Source: Chlorokybus atmophyticus (lineage: Eukaryota; Plantae; Mesostigma and Chlorokybus algae). Taken from it: 64,000 bases of DNA. Under the pieces are notes generated by a model, which saw only the letters and a program-made list of their open reading frames with translations, searched no databases and was not told where the DNA came from. The first letter of the stretch is position 1; each line of letters opens with the position of its first letter. Positions 25,041 to 39,300 of the stretch are shown piece by piece. Location: assembly GCA_009103225.1 (NCBI GenBank), contig RHPI01002533.1:338841-402840 (forward strand), written 5' to 3'. The position numbers were made by a program, and so were the translations under genes.

Positions 25041-28000
25041 ATGGCGCAGCAGGCGGCGTCGGTGAGGGCGGTGTGGGGCCTGCTGCCGCCTGTCTGTCCT
25101 CCGCATTGCAGGTTGAGGGGTAGGGAGGCGGAGCGGAGCGTCTCTGGGCGCGCTGCCGTGTCGAAACAGGCCCTGCCTGCAGCTCTGGGTGGAAGGCGGC
25201 GAAGGGCAAACGGAGGAGCGGGGGGAGCTGGTGGTGGCGCTCAGTCTCACGGTTGTGCGAAAAGTAATGCTCGACCAACCAGCTGCACTGCGACCTCGCC
25301 CGCCGACGTTGCTCCTGATGTCGCTGCTAGTGCTTCAGCTGTGCCGGTCGCCGCCGTGCTGTTTGATATGGACGGCGTGTTGTGCGACAGCGAGGCGCCA
25401 TCCAGGGCCACCGCTGTGGAAGTTTTCCGAGAGCTAGGGTATGAAGTAACGCAGGAGGACTTTATTCCTTTTGCTGGCACAGGTACTACTGTGCAGGGCA
25501 CACTAGTTTCCTTACCGTCAGCTTTCTCCTCAAGAGTATCAATGTGTTCGTAGCTCTTCTTGAGGTCAGCATCGGCGTGCAAGCCTTGGTATTGTATGGT
25601 AATGCTGAGTGTGCTCGGCCAGTTGCAGCGGTTCAACCAGGCCATGCATATGCTTGGCGAGTGAGTGCAACACCGTGTAGCTGTGGCTCCCTATCGCACT
25701 CAGTGTACTACTTCAGAATTGAGTACGTCAATCTGCCTCGGTGTTGGTGTACGTTGCATGACAACATGCGACTTAACAGGCTGATTCGCTGCAGCGCTTT
25801 GCGTGTTGACTGTGACTACCAGCGGTCAGTTTAGGTAGTCCAAAGCAGGTGCATCGCACGAACAATACACCCTCTTGCATGCGCAGCAACCATTGATGCA
25901 TGCATGCGCGAACATGACGAGCGCCAAGGTTATGCAAGCTCACAGCTGTACACCTTCAGGTGAGGCAAATTTCCTAGGTGGTGTAGCAAAGGTGTACAAC
26001 GTTCCAAGCTTTGATCCAGAAAAGGCCAAGCAGCGCTTTTTTGAGCTCTACATCAGCAAGGTTTGTTGTTCACATCCTGAACTGTGCATATACTTGCTTT
26101 GTGCATTGAATGTTCACTTGTTACGCATTTCCTGGTTGAATGCGGCACAGTTTTGCTTGGTGAATGCGCTCTCAGAGGTATATGCTGACAAGGATTAGGA
26201 TTTTTTACGAAGCGACGTAGTTGCTCATCAAGCAGTCACACGCATAAAGTGAACTGCAATGCATACACTTTGGCATTAAGCACTTTGGCATTTGTGCACC
26301 CCTGTTCTGTTTGGCAGTATGCACAACCTGGAGCTGGCATCGGGTTTTCTGGTGCGCTCGAGCTCATAGAGAAGGTAGCCGCTCTTTGCCTATCTTGTAG
26401 TCCCAGCATGCAGCAATGGGGGACGGTCTGTGCTTGAGCTGCACCCTGCGCGTGAACCTCCCAGTCAGCCCTGGTACACACTGTGCTACTTGTGTACTTA
26501 GCAGTCTCATTGTGCTTCCCGAAACAGTGCAAGGAAGCAGGGCTCAAGATGGCGGTGGCCTCCAGTGCTGACCGCATTAAGGTCAATGCCAATTTGACAG
26601 CCGCTGGCCTGCCACAGTCCAAGTACGTGCTGGAACTGAGTTGAGCATGAGGCACTCTGTTGTTGTTGGTATGAAAATGCATGCAGCACAGCAGATGAAG
26701 CCCAGTTACACTGGAGATTTTTCATCATAGTCTGCAGTTACTGCGCTGCAATTGTGGGCGAGGATGACTTGCTATGGTGTTGATATTATGCCATGCACGT
26801 GTCCTACAGTTTTGGGTCCATTATGTCAGCTGACAAGTTTGAGAGGCTGAAACCATTCCCGGACATCTTTCTGGCAGCGGCTGAAAGTCTTGGCGTTCCT
26901 CCAGAACAGGTAGCTATGCGGCTTGTCTTTGCCTGACCAAACTCATTTCCCATTGTAGTATACAGGCTAATTTGTTCTGGGTTGTAGTGTGTGGTGATTG
27001 AAGACGCACTAGCAGGAGTTCAAGCAGCGCGTGCTGCTGGTATGAGGTGGGCTTCAGTATTACTGCAGTAGTATTGCAATTGAGTTGCACATCCTTCAGT
27101 ACAGTTTGGTCCTCTTGCATGGTTTCCAAGTGCATAGGGCTGATGTTTTGCTGGTGTCGTGCAGATGCATTGCAGTCACCACAACACTCGATGCAGACGC
27201 GTTGCAGGCCGCATCTCCTGACCTTATCCTTCCGGATATTTCGCATATTACCATTGAGCAGATCATGTCACTACCTGCACCTCCCCCTGGTACATTTTTT
27301 GGAGTCACTGGCAGGGTCGTGGTTGCTATTGCTTGGTGCAGTGCACACATTCCTGAAAGACACTGTAACATCATAAGTCGTGCAGATGCACCAGCAGAAG
27401 CAGAGGCTGCTGCAGAGAGGTTACAGAGCTCCATAGAAGCAACAAGCAGCTTCAGCAACACATCTGTTCAGCTAGAAAGTCGCAGCTCTTCGTCCGGAGG
27501 GTATTTTTGTTCTGATTTGCTCCGCAAACTGCAGTGTTTTGCTCGTGGTGAGCCGTACTAGTCTGGTTTGGCTAATGGCAAGTTGTGTTCAGGCTCTCTG
27601 GAACGACCAGAAGTAGATTAATCCGCTTTGCCGCTTTGGTGGGAGGTGTTGCTGGAATGAGCATTGTCGTTACGCGTTTGAAGGTAACACTGCCTGCACT
27701 GACTATGCATCATCATGAAAAGCACAAACTTGGTGCATGTTGTAGGAAGACAGAAGTGTGAAGCATTTTCTGCGCAAGTATAATGTTGGCATAGTCGTAG
27801 AAATTGGGATCATCGCTTACGCAGCACTGTCATTCAACTATGTTCGTAAGGTACTAATGTGTATGGGGCTGGAATGCAGCTGCTTGAACATGCACTTGCT
27901 GCATTATAACACCTTGTCTGGCTGCCAACAGACCATGCAGTACGCATCCCCGATGGCGATCTGGAACACGATATTTGGTGCTGGAAATCCGATGGCAGAA

Positions 28001-28407
28001 GGTTTGTGACATCGCCTGCAATTGAAGGCTTACTATATGCCTGCTGACTTCAATGCGGTGCGCAGCTAATTTTGCAGGATCAGAAAGGATGCAAATGCTA
28101 CAGCGGTATTTTGCAGACATGGAAAGCAGGTGGGCATGTTGAAAGTCTGCAACCATTAGCATGGTCAGCTATGATAATGCACCCTGTCAACATGCTGAAG
28201 TCTGGCTTATCACTACCCATGTGGCATCCCAGTGGGAAAGGTCGGACTGTTCCAGAGTTTCCAAGTGGGCAACGGTGGTTTAATTCCCCGCCATTGCGAT
28301 TGGCCAAGGTGCGAAACTTCCTTGTTGCGCTTGATGCAATAGGCAAGATGTGTACTAATGTGCGGGCTTTGCCATAGGAGTTGAAAGGCCAAGTGGTCGT
28401 GCTGGAT

Positions 28408-28440
<33 letters not shown>

Positions 28441-30850
28441 ATTCTGCCCGAACTGGCTTCTCTCGAACGCAAGTATGCTGGCCAGCCAGTCACCGTCGTG
28501 GGTGTGCACTCCGCCAAATTTGACAATGAAAAGGACGATGATGCCATACGCAATGCTGTCCTTCGCTACGACATATCGCATCCTGTAATCAATGACAAGG
28601 ATATGGCGCTTTGGCACGACCTGGGGATCAGGTGTGGTTATTGCTAAGCGTGCCTGCGCCTTGTGCAAGCACATGCCACTGTGAGCTAGGCTTTGATGTG
28701 CTTGCCATACTAACAATGTGGTTGCCGTATTGTTATATACTGGCTGAATACGGTACGCTGTTGTTCAGTGCATGGCCAACACTTGCGTTGGTGAGCCCGA
28801 CTGGCAAGCTTCTCGCGCTTCTACCCGGCGAGAGTCATGAGAAGGACTTGGACGAGTTGCTGCAGGCCGCTTTACAGTACTACAGCAGCCGAGGCATGCT
28901 GTCGGAGACGCCTGTGCCCATGACTTTGGAACGAGAGAAGGCAGCTGGGGCCTCCCGACTGCTCTTCCCAGGAAAGATTGCCACACACATCCCCTCCAAC
29001 CGTCTGTTCATATCGGACAGCAGCAACCATCGTATCATAGTCACTACACTCGAGGGGAACTTCATTGCGCAGATCGGCAACGGCGCGCCTGCGCTGCAAG
29101 ACGGCGCTACTGAAGGTGTAATTGATGCAAATACAGCAATGGTCTATGAGCTGCGCGACAACACTTGTCTCACACCAAGCACATGTTGCAGAGGCCTCCT
29201 TCAACCGACCACAAGGGGTGGCTTATGATGCTGCGCGCGACGTATTGTATATTGCAGACACTGAGAATCACGCGCTACGAGAAATCGACCTTCAGGTCCG
29301 CTGTTAAAGCCTGAATCGGACGCTGTGGTGGTGGCATGTGCACTGATTGGGCCTTGTACTACAGAAAGGAACCGTGCGCACACTAGCAGGCAATGGCACC
29401 AAGGGTGCAGACTACAAAGGTGGTGGCAGCGGGCGCTCTCAGGTCCTCAATTCGCCATGGGACGTGTGCTTAGACACAGGCAGGAAGTGTCTATACATTG
29501 CAATGGCTGGGTCACACCAGATATGGCGGCACGACCTTGTCACTGGCACCACGTCACAATTCAGTGGCAACGGTTATGAGCGCAACTACAACTCCCGCAG
29601 TGGCAGTGACACGTCATTTGCACAACCATCTGGCCTTGCACTGTCGCCTTCTGGCGACAAGCTGTATGTGGCTGACAGTGAGAGTAGTTCAGTGCGCGCT
29701 GTTGATCTTGCGACTGGCGGGTCAACCTCCTGCGTGGGTGGTGATCCACTCTTTGCAGACAACCTTTTCCGCTTTGGTGATAAGGATGGCTCTGGCAGCA
29801 ATGCACTGCTGCAACATCCTCTAGCTGTCTTGTGCACAGCGGATGGCACAGTCTATGTTGCAGACTCGTACAACCACAAAATCAAACGCCTGGACTCGAC
29901 TGCCACCACTGTCAATACTTTGGCTGGCACTGGCAAGCCTGGGTTGCGCGATGGCCCAGCCATGAACTCCCAAGTAAGCCCAATGCTGCTCAGTCAACAA
30001 CTTGCGACATGTTCATATGCATAAAGCTGTGTAATAATGCTGACAACTGGTTTGTGCAGCTGTCTGAGCCAGCAGGCTTGGCTGAGGGTCCTGATGGCAA
30101 GCTCTTCATTGCCGACACCAACAACAGTCAGATCCGCGTCATTGACTTGAAGGCCGCCAAGTCTCCTATCACAACCCTGGACCTGTCAAGTGTTCCTCCT
30201 GTCTCTGCTCCTACTGCAGTTGAAAAACCCTCCCGCAACCGGCGCAGCCCGCAGCTAGTGCGCCTTGAGACCCCGCTGTCTGGCGAGCAGGGCGAGCTTG
30301 TTTTAAGCATCACTCTTCCTGACGGGTACCATTACACGAAGGTAACACGTCAAACCCCAGGATATTCAACCGCAGCAGCCTCTGTTGCTCTACCATTGCT
30401 TGCTGTAACCACCACAATATCTGTGTACGATAAGCAGGGCACAAGCAGCACATATGAGGTCCAGATGGACATACCGGATGTGATTGCTGTACAGCCCCCT
30501 GCTGGACGCCTGGACGGCACAAGATCGCCAGTGCTCAGGTGGCGACGGCTCGCAGAGGGTGATGTGACAGCAACAGTAGCCTGCAAGGTGACGTACTTCA
30601 TCTGCAACACTGCATGCGTCTAGTCCAGTAATTGTTCTAGTCCAAAGGTTTGTTGTGACCGTTGTTGAAGGATCTGGATCTGGTTGTTGCATTGCAGGTG
30701 TACTTCTGCCAAGACGACGATGTTTGCCTGTTCAAGTCTATCAATTTTGAGGCCTCATTTTCGAGTGCCTCATCCGGTGGAAACAATTCGACATTGAACT
30801 ATGATGTACCTGCATCTGCACCACAGATTGTTTCGCCATTTGCAAGCTAG
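25041..30850 (+). CDS. SOQ1: Suppressor of quenching 1 (transit peptide, HAD phosphatase-like, TM, thioredoxin-like, NHL beta-propeller, C-terminal domain)
   Basis: [14 protein letters not shown]; [11 protein letters not shown]; [17 protein letters not shown]; [18 protein letters not shown] followed by [11 protein letters not shown]; [13 protein letters not shown] (CCINC Trx motif); [10 protein letters not shown]; NHL repeats ([29 protein letters not shown]); [11 protein letters not shown]. Confidence 0.95.
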
Positions 30851-33371
30851 ACAAGATGTGGAACTTGTTGACGCTGAATATGTTGCTGGTACTGTATTGT
30901 GGACCACTGCTGAAGGTAACGAGATACACGAGGCAAGCCTGCAACACCTGGTTTTGATTGCCATCTAGTGTCTGCATGTGCCCCTTCCCACCTTAGCTTG
31001 CCCGCCTGGCCTCGTCCTGCTTGCTGCATTCACACATAAAGGTACACATGCCTCAGTAAGACTTGGTCAAGGTTGAGGGTTTCGTGGATGTGGTGGGTAG
31101 CGCATGGCGCTGAGTTCTACGTTTTTGTTTTTGCCCTGCCCTGGAGTGTGCTTTGAGCCATGCCCTGGTGTGTGCTTTGTGCCCTGTCAGTGATTTGAGT
31201 GTGGCAGGAGGGTGTGCGTCGGTCTGGACTCTGCTGTGCCCATGGTCTTCCTTGTGCCTTATTGGTTGCGTGGCGCCTATGATACATTAAGTCTGTCTCA
31301 TTGCTTGGAATGGCTGCAGTCAGCCATGAAGGTAGTGATGTTTTGGCAAGGGTTATGCGTATGGGGTGCTGTATCATACATGCTCTAAGCGTGTGTGTGC
31401 GTTTGATGTAAAGATCAATGCAACACATGGCAGCACATACTCGCACACATACTCTGCACAACACGAAGTGCGCTAAAGTCGCATAGCACATGGCAGTAGA
31501 ACTAGCGTTAGGGTGAAGAGTAGTGAAGTAGGTGGTGGTAGAGTGTCCTTAGCCCGGTGGTGGTCATTGAGGTGAGTGTTGTTGCTGTTGAGAGTCATGT
31601 CCATGCATGTGTCGTGCTTGTGGCATATACCTCATTGCATACTTTGTACACATAGTGCTGCCATGTAGTACTGCTCACCGCCAGCATGTGCTCTGATATA
31701 CAATGTTGCCGTCTTTGTTGTGGCCACTCTGCTTGCCCTGCTATGCATCTCTGCCTGTGCACACATGTTTGTACATGACATACAACAATCTATACCCTAA
31801 ACATTATCATGGAGTTGATAGAAACACATAGTGCGACATTGATGAAAATTGGAATTGCAACTTGCTTCCAAGTGACTTCCGATGAGTCATCACATCGTTA
31901 CCCATGAAACATGCACGAAGCACCCGCAATAGCATACACATAACTCGCCACACCTTGTTTATGTTGAAAAGGTACAAAGTAAACACCACAATACCACAGC
32001 ATAACAGCTAGCCGGTGCATGCAGGGTCGATACCGACATTAGTATAAGTTTGTGACATAAACTTCATATAACTATATACACATGCCTTTTTTCTCAATAG
32101 CACGTCACCTAGTCAGAGATTTGACATTAGACCATCATTAATGATTTGACAAAATTTGGCAACAACTTTCATAAATATTTTGTGTATGTCTGTGTTGCAG
32201 ACATTATACTTGCAAATTCGTTTGATACTTGTAACGCCACACATGTGTTGTGCACGTGCATTTTTTCCTACATTCATTTTATAAAGCACATGAAGATCAA
32301 TTCACAGTTAATTAGACGGATCACTTGCATTTCAGCATGCATTACTATTGTACTAAGTGTTAAGTAAGGTGTCGAGGAAATATGCGGCCTTTGCATCCAA
32401 ATTGCGTTTTGCTTGCCATTCTTCAACTTTTAACCACACGGTTCAACCACTTCGGGTATGTCTGGTGTAGGCTTCACCAATTCTGCATACTGCATCAGTA
32501 GGCAATTCTGTAATGTTACTTGGCCTAAAAGGTGCATATCCATCTTCATGAGTGCGAATGATACAAACAAGCATCGATACCTATTCAATCCACAAAATCT
32601 TATCGTAGTCTTGCAAGTATGCTGATGCGGTCATGAATATCAATAGTGCGTAACGCAATATCCTGAATGATGCATGATGATGTGTTAATGCAACATGTTA
32701 ATGTTATGTATGAGATGTTAACATCAATATAATTCAAGTAATAAACATATACTCTACACTATAAAAACAACTTTTGCACATGTTAATCATGTGTGTGTAA
32801 TAGTAAACTGTCTTATATTCAGCAATAATGCAACTATGAATCTCAACAAACTTGTATGTGTTTCACTTATGCAAAAATAAATCATAATTTAATAAACTGC
32901 AGTTATGGTATCAAGTTTTAATGACTTGGTCAATAAGAGCCATTCAAACAAAAGCAATCATATCAATTTGTAATAAAATGTGTATATATCAATGACACGA
33001 CACATATACTATACATGTTAAAAAAATGTGTCTTTAATGATTAATGCAAATGAGTTTTTGTACCTAATTTCCCTTTCGATTGAATGGGTGCATGTTGTAC
33101 GCGATATCCAGAAAATTCAGTTCAGTTAGAACCAACTTAACAACAAAGTTGTTAAACAAACTCGTTACTTTATTCAAGTGCTTAATGAACTCTTGGTAAT
33201 GACCTTGTTGCTATTGCAACAGCCTCTCGTTGTTTGAGGGCCGTCTCGATATCCACGTCGCTATAAATAACATTTCCTTACACCGCTCCACCACGCTGCC
33301 ACGTGGCGGGCCGGGAGCCCTCCTGCATCGCCGCCTGCTCCGCCGCCGCCGCCGCCGCAGCCACGCCGGCA

Positions 33372-36300
33372 ATGGGGCTGTCAGCGCGGGCCAGGCTGGA
33401 GCCTATCCAGCAGCCGCTGTCGCCGCAGATGACCTCCAAAGTGGCGGCGGCGGTGTCAGTGGCCACTCGCAGCAGCAGCACCACTCTGACCTTGCTGCCG
33501 CCTCCAATGGCTATGCCGGTTGAGGCGCCTGCAACATTGGGTCAGTTGAATGACAATAATCTACATGGTTTGTTGTTTCACTACATCACCTTTGTTGATT
33601 GTGGGTTGTGAGAGTAAGTAAGCAACACTGCGTGGTAACTGGCAAGGCTGCCGCTGTGCTCAAACAAGCAGTCGCATGCTTGTGTTATGTATCTATCTTG
33701 ACTGCATAGCATGGCACCTGCAGAAAATAGCAACAAGGCAGAAAGGCCAAACACAAGCGCAAGTAACATGCAGCCAGACATTGCTGAGTCGCATCTCACA
33801 GTGAGAGTCTAAGTTGCAAGTTGAGGTGATTGTCGTTGCAATGGTTAGAAACAGTGCAGCATGCGGCCAGCCAACAAGCAAAAATCCGCCCCCCGCTACA
33901 ACCTTCACATCAACACCATTTCCACCGCCAACAACATGCCCCATACACAGGCAGCACATGACATGCATGTTTTGCTCTGTGCGCGATCATGCAAATGCAA
34001 GCTGTTGTTGTCACAGCATCTAACCCGCAACGCATTATACGCATACCGGTTTCCAACCCCACAGCATGCGTGACATCACCCACCCATTTGCGCAGATTAC
34101 GCGTGGATGTCGTCTCTCTTCACTCAGTCTCAGTCGCGCCGCATGCGCGAGCGCCACGCGGCCGCGCTCCAGCGCATCGCGCGCGCACACCCAAACGGAC
34201 TGGCAAGCAAACAGCAACACTGACTTCACAACTCTCGATGTCTTTCTTCAATAACCCACCCGGCACTTGTGTGTGTCTGCACAGCCCGTGCGGGAGTTAC
34301 CTGAGATCCAGCTCGTGATGGAGCACGCTTTGGACGCCCTGGAAGACGAGGACAAGGAGGAGGAGGAGGAGGAAGGAGAGGTGGCCAACAGAGACAGCTA
34401 TGCGCAACACAACAGCGCATGGATGCTAGTGGACCCGTTGTGCCAACTCATAAGGTGGGTGTACACCCCTGTGAGTAAGTGAATGACCATGCGTGCGTGC
34501 GTGTCGGTCGCAAACAGAGACTGTCATTGTGTGTTATCAGGAAGACTCTTGCCTGCCTCCTCCACGTTGTCATCAACGTTGACATTGTAATCGTTATCCC
34601 GTAGGCTGGCGTGCGTGCCGTTCGTGCGCCGGAGCGCCTCGGACGAAGGCCGCATGTGGTCTCATGCCGCGAGCTTCCTCGCCGCCGTCGCGCGCGTCTT
34701 TGGCAACCGCAACAATGACGACGACAACGAGGACAACAACACCGTGTCGTGCTACCCAGCGAGGCTTCAGGCCGCCGCCGTAGAGGTAATGTGGCTTGAT
34801 GGTGCAAACAGAGAGATATGTGTATTGTGCTGCGAGATGAGTGGGATCTTTACCAACGTCGTCTCATTTTTAGTTTGTGGCTACCTTTGCTACTGCATAT
34901 GGGAACGAACCGTCGACGACAGAGTTGGCCAGAAGCTTTGTCGCGACGACGCCAGCAACAACAACAACATCAACAACAACATCAGCACTGACACAAACAA
35001 TGTCGACACAATTCGGCGGCTCCTGCTTTGCAGCTGCCAGCCTCTCACTCTTTAAGTAAGTTGGCCATACCGCACTTATCCACCACACACGCACGTGCAG
35101 ACATGACCATCATCTCCCCAACAGGAGTTTCCCGCCGGCGGGTGGTGCTGCCTGGTCCTCCGCATCGTTACCGATGTCACCCACGGCGACTTGGATGTCC
35201 TCGTCGTACGAGGCGACGGCGACGGTAGCTACCGAGTCGGCCCGCGTGCGGGCGTGGATCAAGCACCAGCGCGCCGTGGAGGCTAGCGGCATCGGCCCCG
35301 CCATCGCCAACCACCTAAGGCAAGAGCAGGGGACTTGCACCACACACACGCACACGTCCCCACGCACGTACACAAACGCTTACACACGCACTCAAGACCC
35401 ATACATACCCACGCTCCTGCACACGCACGCGCACGCGCATGTGCGCACCCACCCTCACTTCTTCACCCACCAACTCAGCACCACCTTGTCATTGCCATAC
35501 CAGGCTCCTGTCTCTCTCCCCCTCCCCTCCCCCCCTCTCCCTCTCCCCCCTCCTCCCTCCCCTCCTGCGCGCCCTGCCCTCCCTCACCCGCCGACCCGCC
35601 ACGCTCCCGCTCTCTCGGCGACACCGACGCGCACTCCTCGGCGCACTCGGGAGGATACTGCTGCACCAACATCAACAGGGAGGTGACGGTGATGGGGATG
35701 GGGAGCTACGTGATGGTGGACGTGATGGTGATGTGGTGAGGCAGCTGGCGATCAGAGTGGCGTGGAACGTGCTGGAGGGGGCGCCGGCGGAGGAGAGAGG
35801 GTGCGTGCGTGCGTGCTTGCTTGGGGATGTTGGGGATGTCGTGTTGGCGTGCGTGGATGTGCATGGTGGGTTGAAGTATAGTGTGATCATTGTGAGCAGG
35901 CTTGTTGGTAACGATGTCGGTGAGGGACCACCCACGAAGGCGGTCGAGTGCACATCTGAGCAAGGTGATTATCACCAGCGAGTGGCAGTAGCAATGGCGA
36001 TTTCAGGAGCTGATAGTGATGAAACGGTATCAGTCACGCTGAGCCTGAGTAAGTCCTCGCTTGCATATATCACTCGCCATTCTGGTTGCCCGGTTGCGCA
36101 AGACAAGCCAAATGAAGGTGACAGCAGCCGCTCACTAGCTCCCCGCCTTGCAGTTGACGAGCACGATGAAGCGAGGCCGTCACTGCAAATACGTCAAGAG
36201 GATGGCACCTGGTTTGCGGACGCACTCGCCAAGTAAGCAAGTGTGCGCGTGCGTGTGCGTGTACGCGCTTATGAACCTGACTGACCATTCATGCCAGGGT

Positions 36301-39300
36301 GCTAGAGGAGCTGATGTCAACCGGCGACAGTCCCCGCGACGGTCCCGTCGCCTCCTTGACCCGCCAGCACGACCGCGAGCTGCGCAACGAGGCCCTCATC
36401 GTCGCCAACCTCCTCCTCACCAACGGCAGCAACGCCGCGTTGATGCACGGTGCCGGTTTGCTGCGCGTCGCCGTGGAGGCAGGGATTGGGATGGAGATCG
36501 CGCGGGAGAGGCATGGGACCAAGGGGATGCAGGTGAGAGGGGGTGGGAGGGGGTGGGGTGGGGTGGGTGGGGAGTGGAGGAGTGTGATGGGTGTGGTGTG
36601 TATGTGTGCGTTGGGTACAGGTTGCGGATGGCGAGGACTACGCAATGCAGTGTCTAGCGTGGCAGATTGTCCTGCGATGCGCGGTTGCGCATGTGCCTTC
36701 CCTGCAGGACGCTCTTCGGGTATGTTGTGAGGCTATGCGCATGAACACAACGGCACTCGTCATGGCCTTGTTACTGTAATTGACGTCGTGCGTCGTTTCT
36801 GTGCGGCTCTTGCTGTGCGAGTGCAGGCCGGGTGGGTGGACGTCCTGCTGATGTACTTGAAGGCGCGTCCCGGAGGAGGAGGTCCGGGTGATGATGCATC
36901 AGGACATGACCAACATCCTGCCCTGAGACGCTGGACCCCAGAACACCTCACCCAACTGCAGCTGCAGGTACACACACACGCACACGCGTCCAAACACACA
37001 CACAACACTCGACACTCTTCTACTCAGCGTCACAACCCCCCGAACAGGCCTGCAGGACACTCTCCACCCTCGCCCCCTCCCTCGCCTCCTCCTCCCCTCC
37101 CCACCTAATCCAAGCCTGCCAGACGGCGGCCCAGTTCGTGACCGCCTGCGCATCAAGCATCGAGCCGAGCAGCGCAAGTGCTGCGAATACCAGCAGCAGC
37201 GTTAGCGTCATGCTGAAGGAGGGGCTGAGGGTGGTGACGGCGGCGTGCAGGGAGGGGAGGGGGGAGGGGTGCATGAGGGGGGTGAGAGAGAGCGGGATGG
37301 TTGGAACGGNGGGGCGCCGGCGGAGGAGAGAGGGTGCGTGCGTGCGTGCTTGCTTGGGGATGTTGGGGATGTCGTGTTGGCGTGCGTGGATGTGCATGGT
37401 GGGTTGAAGTATAGTGTGATCATTGTGAGCAGGCTTGTTGGTAACGATGTCGGTGAGGGACCACCCACGAAGGCGGTCGAGTGCACATCTGAGCAAGGTG
37501 ATTATCACCAGCGAGTGGCAGTAGCAATGGCGATTTCAGGAGCTGATAGTGATGAAACGGTATCAGTCACGCTGAGCCTGAGTAAGTCCTCGCTTGCATA
37601 TATCACTCGCCATTCTGGTTGCCCGGTTGCGCAAGACAAGCCAAATGAAGGTGACAGCAGCCGCTCACTAGCTCCCCGCCTTGCAGTTGACGAGCACGAT
37701 GAAGCGAGGCCGTCACTGCAAATACGTCAAGAGGATGGCACCTGGTTTGCGGACGCACTCGCCAAGTAAGCAAGTGTGCGCGTGCGTGTGCGTGTACGCG
37801 CTTATGAACCTGACTGACCATTCATGCCAGGGTGCTAGAGGAGCTGATGTCAACCGGCGACAGTCCCCGCGACGGTCCCGTCGCCTCCTTGACCCGCCAG
37901 CACGACCGCGAGCTGCGCAACGAGGCCCTCATCGTCGCCAACCTCCTCCTCACCAACGGCAGCAACGCCGCGTTGATGCACGGTGCCGGTTTGCTGCGCG
38001 TCGCCGTGGAGGCAGGGATTGGGATGGAGATCGCGCGGGAGAGGCATGGGACCAAGGGGATGCAGGTGAGAGGGGGTGGGAGGGGGTGGGGTGGGGTGGG
38101 TGGGGAGTGGAGGAGTGTGATGGGTGTGGTGTGTATGTGTGCGTTGGGTACAGGTTGCGGATGGCGAGGACTACGCAATGCAGTGTCTAGCGTGGCAGAT
38201 TGTCCTGCGATGCGCGGTTGCGCATGTGCCTTCCCTGCAGGACGCTCTTCGGGTATGTTGTGAGGCTATGCGCATGAACACAACGGCACTCGTCATGGCC
38301 TTGTTACTGTAATTGACGTCGTGCGTCGTTTCTGTGCGGCTCTTGCTGTGCGAGTGCAGGCCGGGTGGGTGGACGTCCTGCTGATGTACTTGAAGGCGCG
38401 TCCCGGAGGAGGAGGTCCGGGTGATGATGCATCAGGACATGACCAACATCCTGCCCTGAGACGCTGGACCCCAGAACACCTCACCCAACTGCAGCTGCAG
38501 GTACACACACACGCACACGCGTCCAAACACACACACAACACTCGACACTCTTCTACTCAGCGTCACAACCCCCCGAACAGGCCTGCAGGACACTCTCCAC
38601 CCTCGCCCCCTCCCTCGCCTCCTCCTCCCCTCCCCACCTAATCCAAGCCTGCCAGACGGCGGCCCAGTTCGTGACCGCCTGCGCATCAAGCATCGAGCCG
38701 AGCAGCGCAAGTGCTGCGAATACCAGCAGCAGCGTTAGCGTCATGCTGAAGGAGGGGCTGAGGGTGGTGACGGCGGCGTGCAGGGAGGGGAGGGGGGAGG
38801 GGTGCATGAGGGGGGTGAGAGAGAGCGGGATGGTTGGAACGGCCATAGGTGAGTGTGGGTGGGTGGGTGGGTGGGTGTGGGTGTGTCAGTGTGTGGGTGG
38901 GTGTGAGAGTGTGTGTGTGGGTGTGTGTGAGCGTGCGTGCGTGCGAGCGTGCGTGTGTGTGTGTGTGAGTGTGTACCGTGCTCGTGTACAAGGTTGAGAG
39001 TCGTTATGTTGCACACTGCGTTTATCTTGCAGATGTGTTCAAGGATGCTGGTGTGGCGGTGAGCGTGAGGGCCAGCGCGGCTCTCTTGCTCACGACGCTG
39101 TGCGGTGGCGGTGGAGATGCAAAGAGCATAGACGAGGATCAACCAACGTCATCTTCATCACAAGATGCCGTCGACGGGCGCCGCGATGCCCACGCGCACA
39201 ACCGCCGGCTGTTCCGCAAGCGACACGGCGTGCTCGAGACCATCGCAGTGCTAAGGTCCGCTGCATGCTGCTGTCAAGTGTTCTGTCTAACTGTAATCAT

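Noticed and set aside
35778-38842. Tandem duplication of several CFAP69 exons
   Set aside because: The two 1532-bp copies look identical, including introns, and meet at a single N, the signature of overlapping contig ends joined without merging. Read depth or long reads would decide.
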